From assembly GCA_965232105.1 (NCBI GenBank), contig OZ246956.1, positions 20,101 through 84,100 of the forward strand: DNA of 64,000 nucleotides, read 5' to 3'. The notes below the pieces were generated by a model that did not search any database, had not been told where the DNA came from, and worked only from the letters and a program-made list of their open reading frames with translations. Shown here in pieces: positions 38,562 through 46,910 of the stretch; within the stretch, counting starts at the first letter, position 1; every line of letters starts with the position of its first letter. This stretch comes from Thermoanaerobaculia bacterium (GTDB taxonomy: Bacteria > Acidobacteriota > Thermoanaerobaculia > Multivoradales > Multivoraceae). The position numbers were made by a program, and so were the translations under genes.

Positions 38562-40057
38562 ATGATTGACAAAGAAACCAGCATGAACGCCAAGGAGCGC
38601 ATGGGCGAGGAGATCGCCACGCTTGCGGCGCGCATCGACGCGGCGACCTACGAGTTGCTCGTCCTGATCCGCAAGTTCGATGAGGAGGAGGGCTGGAACT
38701 GCGGCTTTCTGAGTTGCGCGCACTGGCTCACCTGGCGCATCGGCCTGGCGCCCAACGCGGCCCGCGAGCGCGTGCGGGTCGCCCGGGCACTCGGCGAGCT
38801 ACCGGTGATGAGCGAGGCGATGAAGCGGGGCGAGCTCTCGTACTCGAAGGTCAGGGCGTTGACCCGCGTGCACGGCCCGACACGGAGAAGGAGCTGGTCG
38901 AACTCGGCCGAGCGGGAACAGCAGCCCACATCGAACGGGTCGTCAGGGCGTGGCGCAGAATCGACCGTTCAGTCGAGGCCGCGGAGGACGAACTACGCGA
39001 CGCGTCGAGCCATGTGACAACCCACGTAGACGAGAACGGCATGTTCGTCATCCGCGGTCGCCTGGCGCCCGAGGCGGGCGAAGTCGTGATGAAGGCGCTC
39101 AAGGCGGCGGGCGAGACGCTCTACGCGGAAACCCAGGATGACCGGCCGCCTGCCGGCAAGGTTCGAGCCGATGCGCTCGCCCTCGTAGCCGAAAGCGCGC
39201 TCACGGGCGGCCTCGCTCCGGGCTCAAGCGGCGACCGCTACCAGGTCGTGGTTCATGTGAGCGAGGAGGAATTGAGCGTGCCTGAGCAGTTGCCCGCCGT
39301 TGGGTGCACGTCGTGTGTTTCCGCGGAAACGCCCGCGGCACGCGTTTCCGCGGAAGCGCCACCGACGCACCCACAGGAGTATGTGGTCCCAACGGCTGAA
39401 GCCGAACACGTCTCCACGGAAGCGCCAGCCGGACGCCAACCGGCAAACGGACGACCTTCACCCCGCGGAGCCTGGCTCGGCGACTCCCAAGTCCCTGTTT
39501 CCGCGGAAACAACCCGGCGCATTGCCTGTGACGCCGGCAAGGTCCGGATCACTCACCGATCGGGCCAGATCCTGAGCGTCGGCCGCAAGAGGCGCACCAT
39601 TCCGCCGCCGATCCGGCGCGCTCTGGAGTTCCGCGACCAGGGTTGCCGCTTTCCCGGCTGTACTTCGAAGCACTGCGACGCCCACCACATCGTCCACTGG
39701 GCCGACGGCGGCGAAACGAAGCTCTCGAACCTGGTACTCCTCTGCCGGCGACACCACCGGCTGCTCCATGAAGGCGGCTTCAGCGTGCGGATGAGCGAGG
39801 CCGGCGCCGTACGGTTCTTCCATCGCCGGGGACGGCCCCTGGAACAGAGTCCGGCGCCTCCACCGGTCGGGCTCCACGCCGCCCGAAAGCTGGTCGAGCA
39901 CCTGGAGAACGCCGGCATCCTGATCACGGGCAAGGAGTCCATGCCGAGATGGGACGGCGAGCCGCTCGACCTGCCCTACGTCATGGAGTGCCTGTGGCGG
40001 CCGCCACCGCACCTGGAGGCAGTAGCCCGCGAACGAAACGCACCGCGCGCCGCGTAA
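38562..40057 (+). pseudogene. DUF222 / HNH endonuclease (13E12-repeat-type), interrupted by a -1 frameshift near 38875-38879
   Basis: Frame 1 (38562..) gives ...ARIDAATYELLVLIRKFDEEEGW...SYSKVRALTRV.... The family sequence continues in frame 2 (...PDTEKELVELGRAGTAAHIERVVRAW...VSAETTRRIACDA...GCRFPGCTSKHCDAHHIVHWADGGETKLSNLVLLCRRHHRLLHEGG). One extra base in the ggccc run would restore the frame. Confidence 0.8.
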
Positions 40058-40201
40058 CGGCTCGGAAGGAGACGCCGACCCATCCAGAGGCGGCTTGCAG
40101 GCGGCGTCGAAACGACCGGGACATCCCTCGGCTCGCTCCACTAGAGGGATACCCTCGGAGGCACGTACAAGACCAGACTCTCTCCTCCCGGAGATCGCGA
40201 C

Positions 40202-41128
40202 ATGGACGAGACGGCGGCGCCCGCTGAAGAGCAGTGGAAGCGATGGGGGCTTCGGGTCCTCCGGTTTCCGCTGACCCGGATCGTCCTCTTTGGCGCCGGT
40301 ATCGCCGCGGCCGCCGTGATCCAGGCACTGTCGGCCGCCGGGCTCAGCCTGTGGTTGGAAAGTACCTGGCTGCGAGTCGTGGTCGGAGTGGTGTTTCCCA
40401 TCCTCGCCGTTCACTTGGCCTACCTTGGAATGACCCGTCTCCTGGAGCGACGGTCCGCCGCGGAACTCTCCCTACGCGGGGCACTGCGTGAAACCAGCGT
40501 GGGAGCTTTGGTCGGCGCCGCCTGCTTGACGTTGATCGTGGCGCTCATCGCCGCGCTCGGCTTCTACCAGGTGCAAGGAGTCGATGCCTGGACCGCCTTG
40601 TTGACCGCGTTCGCCATCGCCGCCACGTCCGGCTATGTCGAGGAAGTGATCTTCCGCGGTGTCGTGTTCCGGATTCTTGAAGAGGGGCTCGGAACATGGC
40701 TGGCCCTCGCCATCTCGGCAGCCCTCTTTGGGTTCGTACATCTGAGTAATCCAAACGCGACCTTCTACGGCGCCGCGGCGATCGCTATCGAAGCAGGCGT
40801 GCTACTCGGCGCCGCCTACGTCCTGACCCGGCGCCTATGGCTCGCGATCGGTATCCACTTCGGATGGAACTTCATGGTGGCGGGCGTGTTCGGCCCGAAT
40901 CTCTCCGGCATCCAGGTGCGAAGCGTTCTCCAATCCCAACTGAGCGGACCCGACTTCCTCTCCGGCGGCGCTCTCGGGGTAGAGGGTTCCGTGTTCGCCA
41001 TTGCCCTGTGCCTGCTCGTGAGCGCCGCCCTCCTGAGGCGGGCACGGCTTCAGGACCGCTTCATCCGGCCGTTCTGGCGGCGAGAAGCGACCCTGCCGCC
41101 GCCAATCGGCGAACCCACCGACAGCTAG
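40202..41128 (+). CDS. CPBP-family (CAAX/Abi) intramembrane glutamic protease
   Basis: ...GYVEEVIFRGVVFRILE... (EExxxR), ...ALFGFVHLSN... (FxxxH), ...LAIGIHFGWNF... (HxxxN/W). Multi-TM. Confidence 0.85.
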   Translation: MDETAAPAEEQWKRWGLRVLRFPLTRIVLFGAGIAAAAVIQALSAAGLSLWLESTWLRVVVGVVFPILAVHLAYLGMTRLLERRSAAELSLRGALRETSVGALVGAACLTLIVALIAALGFYQVQGVDAWTALLTAFAIAATSGYVEEVIFRGVVFRILEEGLGTWLALAISAALFGFVHLSNPNATFYGAAAIAIEAGVLLGAAYVLTRRLWLAIGIHFGWNFMVAGVFGPNLSGIQVRSVLQSQLSGPDFLSGGALGVEGSVFAIALCLLVSAALLRRARLQDRFIRPFWRREATLPPPIGEPTDS

Positions 41129-41193
41129 AGTCTCGAAGCGCACCAGTCGGTGACAAGGACCGGATCGGGCTTGATTCCATCTTGGAGGACTCC

Positions 41194-41625
41194 ATGAAGA
41201 AACCACCTGAAGGCTGGCCGAGAATCTCGCCCTCCCTCTTCTACGACGACGCAGCGGCCGCGATCGACTGGCTGACCAAGGCGTTCGGATTCGAGGTACA
41301 GGAGCGGGTCGAGGATGAGCAGGGGAGAATCGTCCACTCGCAGCTCGTCCTGGACGGCGGCCTCATCATGGTCGGGCAGACGGGTCTGCAGCCCGACCGG
41401 GCGTACCAGCAGTCTCCCCGCGGGCTCGACTGCGCGAACACGCAGTCCCTCGCCGTGCACGTCGACGACGCCGACGCGCACTGCGAACGGGCGCGGGCGG
41501 CGGGTGCCGTGATCACGATGGAGCCAGCGACCCAGGACTACGGCGAGGGCTACTGGGTCGACCGGAGCTACGGCGCCCGGGACCTCGAGGGACACCAATG
41601 GTGGTTCCTGCAACGGCTGCGCTGA
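41194..41625 (+). CDS. VOC/glyoxalase-fold protein (PhnB-like)
   Basis: ATG after ggagga. ...ISPSLFYDDAAAAIDWLTKAFGFEV...IVHSQLVLDGGLIMVG...YGARDLEGHQWWF. Confidence 0.8.
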   Translation: MKKPPEGWPRISPSLFYDDAAAAIDWLTKAFGFEVQERVEDEQGRIVHSQLVLDGGLIMVGQTGLQPDRAYQQSPRGLDCANTQSLAVHVDDADAHCERARAAGAVITMEPATQDYGEGYWVDRSYGARDLEGHQWWFLQRLR

Positions 41626-41672
41626 CCGGGCTCCACCAGGGGAACAGCAGACCCAGTCGACAGGTCGTGCCT

Positions 41673-41700
41673 TACCGCGTCACCCCGATGTGACGCGGTA
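41673..41700 (+). terminator. Perfect 11-bp stem hairpin between the VOC gene and arsS-like gene
   Basis: taccgcgtcac-cccgat-gtgacgcggta. There is no T-tract, so an intrinsic-terminator role is uncertain. It could be a processing or regulatory hairpin. Confidence 0.35.
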
Positions 41701-41727
41701 CTCTCAGCGGACCTCAAGGCTGAGCCC

Positions 41728-42690
41728 ATGTTCGACGCGCGACCTGTTCTGCTTTCGACGGAGTTCCCTCCGCTGCGACGCCGGCGAATCGCCACACTGC
41801 AGGTGAACCTCGGCTATCGCTGCAACCTGAGTTGCGTTCACTGTCACGTCAACGCCGGGCCCCACCGCACCGAGATGATGTCCACCGCCATCGTGGACGA
41901 GGTGATCGCAGCCATCGACCGGCTGAACATCGAGACACTCGATCTCACCGGCGGAGCGCCGGAGCTGCATCCCGGGTTCCGCCGGCTGGTGCGGGCGGGC
42001 CGCCGGCGAGGCATCGAGGTGATCGACCGTTGCAACCTCACCGTGCTGTTCGAGAAGGGTCAGGAGACGCTGGCCACGTTCCTGGCCCGCGAACAGGTCA
42101 CCGTGATCGCCTCCCTGCCCTGCTACCTCGAGGAGAACGTGGAGCAGCAGCGCGGCAAGGGCGTGTACGGCGACAGCATCCGCGCGCTCAAACTGCTGAA
42201 CGATCTCGGCTACGGAAAGGACGACGCGCGCCGGCTCCATCTCGTCTTCAATCCGGTGGGCGCCGTGCTGCCACCGCCGCAGGCGGAATTGGAAGCGGCC
42301 TACAAGCGCGAACTCGGGAGGCGATTCGGCATCGTGTTCGACCAGCTCTTCGTGCTCACGAACATGCCGATCAACCGCTTCGGCGCCGTCCTGAGAGCGC
42401 ACGGCGAACTCGACGCCTACATGGCGCTGCTGCGGGACAACCACAGCGCGGAGAACGTACCGGGCGTCATGTGCCGCGACACCGTCAGCGTCGACTGGCA
42501 GGGCAACCTGTACGACTGCGACTTCAACCAGATGCTGGGCCTGCAGGCGACGGTGGGCGGGCGCCCCGCGCGCCTCGCCGACCTCGTCCGGGGAGGGCCG
42601 CTCGAGAAGGCCTGCATCGCCACGGCTGGCCACTGCTTCGGCTGCACCGCCGGCCAGGGCAGCAGCTGCACCGGAGCTCTGGACGGTTGA
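41728..42690 (+). CDS. arsS: Radical SAM/Cys-rich-domain protein, ArsS-like (arsenosugar biosynthesis family)
   Basis: ...LQVNLGYRCNLSCVHCHVNAGP... is CxxxCxxC. The C-terminal Cys-rich tail ...DWQGNLYDCDFNQML...GHCFGCTAGQGSSCTGAL matches the family. Some members carry Sec in the tail; here it is Cys. Confidence 0.72.
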   Translation: MFDARPVLLSTEFPPLRRRRIATLQVNLGYRCNLSCVHCHVNAGPHRTEMMSTAIVDEVIAAIDRLNIETLDLTGGAPELHPGFRRLVRAGRRRGIEVIDRCNLTVLFEKGQETLATFLAREQVTVIASLPCYLEENVEQQRGKGVYGDSIRALKLLNDLGYGKDDARRLHLVFNPVGAVLPPPQAELEAAYKRELGRRFGIVFDQLFVLTNMPINRFGAVLRAHGELDAYMALLRDNHSAENVPGVMCRDTVSVDWQGNLYDCDFNQMLGLQATVGGRPARLADLVRGGPLEKACIATAGHCFGCTAGQGSSCTGALDG

Positions 42691-42710
42691 TTGCTGCTCT
42701 TGTGCAGCAA
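42691..42710 (+). terminator. Hairpin immediately after the arsS-like stop
   Basis: ttgctgc-tcttgt-gcagcaa followed by cttt. 7-bp stem, AT-richer than its surroundings. Confidence 0.35.
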
Positions 42711-42741
42711 CTTTGAATAAGGGATCTCCCTATTCAAAGTT
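42709..42741. promoter_or_regulatory. 33-nt near-perfect, low-GC palindrome (candidate operator or structured RNA)
   Basis: aactttgaat-a-aggga-tc-tccct-attcaaagtt: 15 paired positions per arm with one bulged A. The local GC is far below the window background. Confidence 0.35.
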
Positions 42742-42833
42742 ACCCCCTAAGTCTTAGCAGGGGCATTGCCCTGCACGTCTCGCGACCTCTCCCGTGAACG
42801 GGGAAGCGGCAATAACCGGGGTCCCGTTTACGC

Positions 42834-42848
42834 CTTAGTTGCGCTAAG
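42834..42848. promoter_or_regulatory. CTTAG-N5-CTAAG palindrome 45 bp upstream of imuA (candidate SOS/repressor operator)
   Basis: cttagttgcgctaag. A related ctaag-t-cttag lies at 42747-42757. It overlaps a motif shared with the dnaE2 upstream region (42823-42841 vs 50385-50403). Confidence 0.3.
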
Positions 42849-42892
42849 ATGTTCTCTTCCCACTTTCATTCCTCTCGTTCCGCTTCGACGCC

Positions 42893-43729
42893 GTGACTTC
42901 CCTGCCCGCAGCTCTCACCGACCCGCAATGGCCGCGGTCCCTGGTGCGCCAGCTCCGGAGCGGACGGGAACTGGTGGACGGCGATCTCACGAGGCCACCG
43001 ATCGTGGAAGCCGACCACGACGTGTTCGCCACGCGGCTTGCCGGCGTCGACCGCCTGCTCGGCGGCGGCATCCGCCGCGGACAGACAGTCGAGCTGGTCG
43101 GCCCCCGGAGCAGCGGCCGCTTCTCCCTCGTGCTGGAGCTCCTCGCCGGGGCCACCCAGAGCGGGGAGGCAGCGGCGCTGATCGATCTGGGAGATCACTT
43201 CGATCCGCAGGCGGCGGCGCGCGCCGGGGTCGTCCTCGAACGGCTGCTCTGGGCGCGGCCCGAACGACTGAAGCAGGCACTGGGCAGCGCGGAAGTGCTG
43301 ATCGGCGGCGGTTTCCCCCTGATCGTGATCGACCTCGGTCTACCCCCGGTCCCCGGCGGCCGCGGCAAGGAGTCGGCGTGGCTGCGGCTGCGGCGAGCGG
43401 CTGAGAACCACCAGGCGGCACTGCTGATCGCCAGTCCGTACCGCGCTGGCGGGACGGCGCCGCAGAAGATCCTCGACCTGGGATCGCGAACGCCGCCGGT
43501 CCGCGCTCTCTGGGCGCAGGCCGCACCGAAGAGCCCGCGCTTGCTCGACGGGCTCAGAACCCGGTTGGAGCTCGCCAAGTCGCGCGGCGAACGGCCGGGT
43601 ACTTCGGCCGATGTCGAGCTGCGCGTCCTCACCAGCAGCCTGCGGCGCCCGCTGACCGGCGCGCCGCCCCAACGGGCGGAGAGCCACCGCTCCGGCTCGT
43701 CCGCCGAGGTCCTGAGGCGTGCCGGCTAA
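42893..43729 (+). CDS. imuA: ImuA-like (RecA/SulA-fold) protein of the imuA-imuB-dnaE2 mutagenesis cassette
   Basis: GTG start. ...ATRLAGVDRLLGGGIRRGQTVELVGPRSSGRFSLVLELLA...AALIDLGDHFDPQAAARAGVVLERLLWARP...GGFPLIVIDLG... fits a degenerate RecA-like core. Sits directly upstream of imuB. Confidence 0.75.
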   Translation: MTSLPAALTDPQWPRSLVRQLRSGRELVDGDLTRPPIVEADHDVFATRLAGVDRLLGGGIRRGQTVELVGPRSSGRFSLVLELLAGATQSGEAAALIDLGDHFDPQAAARAGVVLERLLWARPERLKQALGSAEVLIGGGFPLIVIDLGLPPVPGGRGKESAWLRLRRAAENHQAALLIASPYRAGGTAPQKILDLGSRTPPVRALWAQAAPKSPRLLDGLRTRLELAKSRGERPGTSADVELRVLTSSLRRPLTGAPPQRAESHRSGSSAEVLRRAG

Positions 43730-43845
43730 ACGCCGGAGAGCCCGCATCGCCTGCATGGAGGCGGCTTCTGAGGGTCACAGCTCCGTAGCCGCCTGCGGCT
43801 GCGGAACGCATCATGCCGGCTGAACGGAGATCTCGCATCGCCTGC

Positions 43846-45468
43846 ATGCGGGCGGCGCTGTTTCCGCTTGCCGCCTACCTGCGGGGGGCGCCGGAGCTCG
43901 CCCGCGAGGCGGTCGTCGTCCACGAAGGTCCCTCGGCACGGATCGTCGCCGCCTCCCGGCTGGCGCGGCGGGCGGGAGTGCACCCGGGGCTGACCGTGGC
44001 CCAGGCCCGCAACATCGAATCCGGCCTGGTCGACCGCGTGCGTGACCCGGAGCGCGAGCACACCGCGCAGGAAGTGCTGCTCGAGATCGCCGGCGACTTC
44101 TCGCCCCGGGTGGAGGACGGCGGCGAGGGCATGGTCTATCTCGATCTGGCCGGCATCGGTGCGGCATGCGCCGGCAACGACGCCAGGAAACGCGGCCGGG
44201 ATCGAGACACCGCCAACCCGTTGCCGTCAACAAGCGCCGGCGGCGACGAGCACAGCCTCGGCCAGTCGATCATGCGGGACATGGACGCCGCCGGACTGCC
44301 CGGGCGAATCGGCATCGCCGGCAGCAAACTCGCGGCGCGGGCCGCGGCCGCCCTGCCGCGGCCGCCGAACGTCGTCGCGCCCCGCGGCGAGGCCCGATTC
44401 CTGGCGCCGTTGCCGCTCAGTTCCCTGATCGAGGACGGCGGCGGCAGCAGCCGGGGCGCAGCGACGGAAGGCGACGACCAGGAGATCCTCCATACGCTGA
44501 AGCTCTGGGGCCTGCGCACGGTCGGCGACCTGGCCGGCCTGCCCGCGGGCGAGGTCCACAGCCGTCTCGGCGAGCGCGGCGCGGCGCTCCACGCGGCCGC
44601 CAGGGGCTTCGACCCGGAGCCGCTCACTCCCCTTTCGCCGGCTCCCACCTTCCGGGAGTCGCAGACCCTGGAGTGGCCGATCGACAACCTGGAGCCGTTC
44701 CTGTTCGTCGGCCACGGCGCGGTTGAGCGACTCACCACCCGGCTCGAAGCCCGGGGCATGGGCTGCAAGCGGCTCGAACTGTCGCTCAAGCTCGAACCCG
44801 AGGGCCTTCACGAACTGGCCATCGAACTGCCGGCGCCCACGCGCGAGGCCCGGACGCTGCTGTCGCTCGTCCGCCTCCACCTGGAGGGAGAGCCGCCGCG
44901 GGCGCCGATCACCGGCATGCAGCTTGTGGCGCACCCCGACGTTCCGCGCCAGGCTCAACTCAGCCTGCTCGGGCCGGCCGCCCTGTCGCCCGATCGCCTG
45001 GCCGCCGTCACCGCCCGGCTGCTCGCCCTGCTCGGTCCGAACCGGGTCGGCTCGCCACGCACCCGGAACGGCCATCTGCCGGAACGCTTCCGGCTGGCCG
45101 ACTACGACCCGCCCCCGCCGCCCAGGATCCGGCTCGAACCGCGGCCCGGCCGCGGCATGCTGGCGGTCCGCACCCTGCGGCCGCCGCTCGAGGTCGAGGT
45201 GCTGACCACTGAGAGCGACCGGGCGAGCGGCGCCCCGCTCTGCCCCGAACCGGTGCAGATCAACCCCTTGCCGACGGACGAACGCCACGTCCGCATCGAC
45301 GGCCCGGTCCGAACCGCCGCCGGCCCCTGGGAGATCGAGGAAGGCTGGTGGCGGGAGGCCCCGGCCCTGCGGGACTACTGGGACGTGGAGCTGCGTAACG
45401 GCGCGGTGTGCCGGATCTACCGCGACCGGACGTCGGAGCGATGGTTCGCGGACGGGGTGTATGACTGA
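43846..45468 (+). CDS. imuB: ImuB (Y-family polymerase-like, catalytically inactive accessory protein)
   Basis: MRAALFPLAAYLRGAPEL...VVVHEGPSARIVAASRLARRAGVHPGLTVAQA...FLAPLPLSSL...LHTLKLWGLRTVGDLAGLPAGEVHSRLGERG.... The track ORF starts 33 nt earlier (43813). I prefer ATG 43846 by N-terminal similarity to ImuB. Confidence 0.85.
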   Translation: MRAALFPLAAYLRGAPELAREAVVVHEGPSARIVAASRLARRAGVHPGLTVAQARNIESGLVDRVRDPEREHTAQEVLLEIAGDFSPRVEDGGEGMVYLDLAGIGAACAGNDARKRGRDRDTANPLPSTSAGGDEHSLGQSIMRDMDAAGLPGRIGIAGSKLAARAAAALPRPPNVVAPRGEARFLAPLPLSSLIEDGGGSSRGAATEGDDQEILHTLKLWGLRTVGDLAGLPAGEVHSRLGERGAALHAAARGFDPEPLTPLSPAPTFRESQTLEWPIDNLEPFLFVGHGAVERLTTRLEARGMGCKRLELSLKLEPEGLHELAIELPAPTREARTLLSLVRLHLEGEPPRAPITGMQLVAHPDVPRQAQLSLLGPAALSPDRLAAVTARLLALLGPNRVGSPRTRNGHLPERFRLADYDPPPPPRIRLEPRPGRGMLAVRTLRPPLEVEVLTTESDRASGAPLCPEPVQINPLPTDERHVRIDGPVRTAAGPWEIEEGWWREAPALRDYWDVELRNGAVCRIYRDRTSERWFADGVYD

Positions 45469-45525
45469 GGGATCGGACCCGGCCACAACCGGGAACAGCC
45501 ACCGTTCCGCCGTCTACCAACCGCC

Positions 45526-46716
45526 TCAACCCCGTTCCGTCAATGGCCGCAGACGTCGCCGCACGAAGTCGTCGAACAAGGGCACCGTGAAGTCGATCTC
45601 GCCGTACCGGGGCGAGTAGCACAACCCCTTCTCGATCAGGCTGTGGCGCAGGGCGCCCACACCTGGGGTGTCTTTGCCCATCGCTGCGGCAACGCGGCCG
45701 GAAGGGTGTGGTCCCTCCCCGAGCAAGGCCATCGCGACCAGGTACTCGCGCTCGGAATTCGTCGTCCGGTCGACCCGGACATGGAAGAACCCGGTGTCCA
45801 ACTCGTCGATGGCCAGCGGAATGGCCGCCTCGACATCGGCCTCCGTGATCCTGCCGGGGCCTTCGGCCACGTCCCATGCCTGCTTGCCGAACTCCTGGAG
45901 AAAGTAGGGATAGCCCTTCGTATGGCGGACGATCCGGCCCAACGCCTGCTCCTGCCAGACGACTCCCTCCTGCTCCGCGGGCTCCACGAGGGCCGCCCCG
46001 GCATGGACATCGCTGAGGCTGTTGATCGTGCGGAAGTCGAACAGGCGCTCCGCGTAGGACTTCGCTTCGCCCGCAAGCGCGGGCACTGACGGCAGGCCGG
46101 CAGCGGCCAGCAGGACCGGAAGCTGGTTCTGGCTGATCTGGTGCAGGCCGACGATCAGGGCGCCCAGGTCCTTCTGTTTCACGTACTGGACCTCGTCCAA
46201 CGTGAACAGGACGCCCTTCTCCCGCTCGCGGGCGGCGTGGCCGACCTCTGTGAACAGCCCAGCCAGGTCTTCGTCGAGTAGCCCGGAATCCGCCAGCCCG
46301 GGCACGGGATCAAGTCCCACGGTCACATCGCCGCCGTCCGGAAGGTTCCACCTCATCTGGAACGACTTGAGCACCCCGAGGGCCCGCCGTACACGGTCGG
46401 CCACATCCTGCGCCGGGGAAAGGCGCAGCAGCACCTTGCGGACCAGATCGGCCATCGCACTGGCGAGGTTCATTCCGCCGGTGGCCTCGAGCGGCCGGCA
46501 AACCCAGCCTCGCGCTTGGCCCAGGCGACGAAACTCCTGCAACAGGACAGTCTTGCCGACGCCGCGAAGCCCAGTCAGAACCATGCTCCTGGCAGGACGG
46601 CCGAGCCGCAGCCGCTCGATGGCGATGCGGATCGCCTCGATCTCGTCAGCGCGACCCACGAGCGCCGGTGGGGGGCTTCCGGCACCCGGATTGAACGGGT
46701 TGCGGGTCGGGTCCAT
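45526..46716 (-). CDS. AAA/ORC-like ATP-binding protein (archaeal-ATPase/DUF234-type) with C-terminal winged-helix-like region
   Basis: ...LVGRADEIEAIRIAIERL...SMVLTGLRGVGKTVLLQEF... (Walker A), ...GVLFTLDEVQYV... (Walker B). Confidence 0.8.
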   Translation of the reverse strand: MDPTRNPFNPGAGSPPPALVGRADEIEAIRIAIERLRLGRPARSMVLTGLRGVGKTVLLQEFRRLGQARGWVCRPLEATGGMNLASAMADLVRKVLLRLSPAQDVADRVRRALGVLKSFQMRWNLPDGGDVTVGLDPVPGLADSGLLDEDLAGLFTEVGHAAREREKGVLFTLDEVQYVKQKDLGALIVGLHQISQNQLPVLLAAAGLPSVPALAGEAKSYAERLFDFRTINSLSDVHAGAALVEPAEQEGVVWQEQALGRIVRHTKGYPYFLQEFGKQAWDVAEGPGRITEADVEAAIPLAIDELDTGFFHVRVDRTTNSEREYLVAMALLGEGPHPSGRVAAAMGKDTPGVGALRHSLIEKGLCYSPRYGEIDFTVPLFDDFVRRRLRPLTERG

Positions 46717-46856
46717 CGGCCGATTATAGGAAGTTGCCCAACTTTTAGCGATTCAGGTTAAAAGCGGGGCAGGCTGCTACAAGTTGTGGGATTGCGGGTC
46801 ACTTATAGGAAGTTGCATAGCTTTAGCGATTCGGGTCAAGAGAGGGGCAGACTGCC
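46697..46856. repeat. Two direct copies (~70-80 bp) of the ATPase 5' leader and first codons
   Basis: Copy 1 is 46697-46777 and copy 2 is 46788-46856. They share gg(g/a)ttgcgggtc...ttataggaagttgc...tttagcgattc.gg...a.a.ggggcag.ctgc. Copy 1 has a 12-nt insertion containing the real ATG. Low-GC patch. Confidence 0.8.
46723..46728 (-). promoter_or_regulatory. Perfect TATAAT hexamer 6 nt upstream of the ATPase ATG (possible leaderless mRNA)
   Basis: The minus strand reads ...cctTATAATcggccgATGgacccg. I could not find a convincing -35 at 17 nt. Confidence 0.3.
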
Positions 46857-46910
46857 AAGAGTAGCCCCCTGCAGCGAGACTGAAGATCAACCGCACCGGC
46901 GCCACACACC

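Noticed and set aside
42640-42690. Selenocysteine in the ArsS-like C-terminal tail
   Set aside because: The position that is Sec in some family members is encoded here by a Cys codon (…GSSCTGAL) and the ORF has no in-frame TGA.
42691-42892. Canonical LexA boxes upstream of imuA
   Set aside because: I looked for CTGT-N8-ACAG, GTTC-N7-GTTC, CGAAC-N4-GTTCG and TTAC-N3-GTAA. The only GTTC pair is 22 nt apart and there is no convincing match. I therefore report only the non-canonical palindromes as candidates.
44227-45486. 419-aa minus-strand ORF opposite imuB
   Set aside because: It is antisense to a recognisable ImuB, with shadow-ORF composition.
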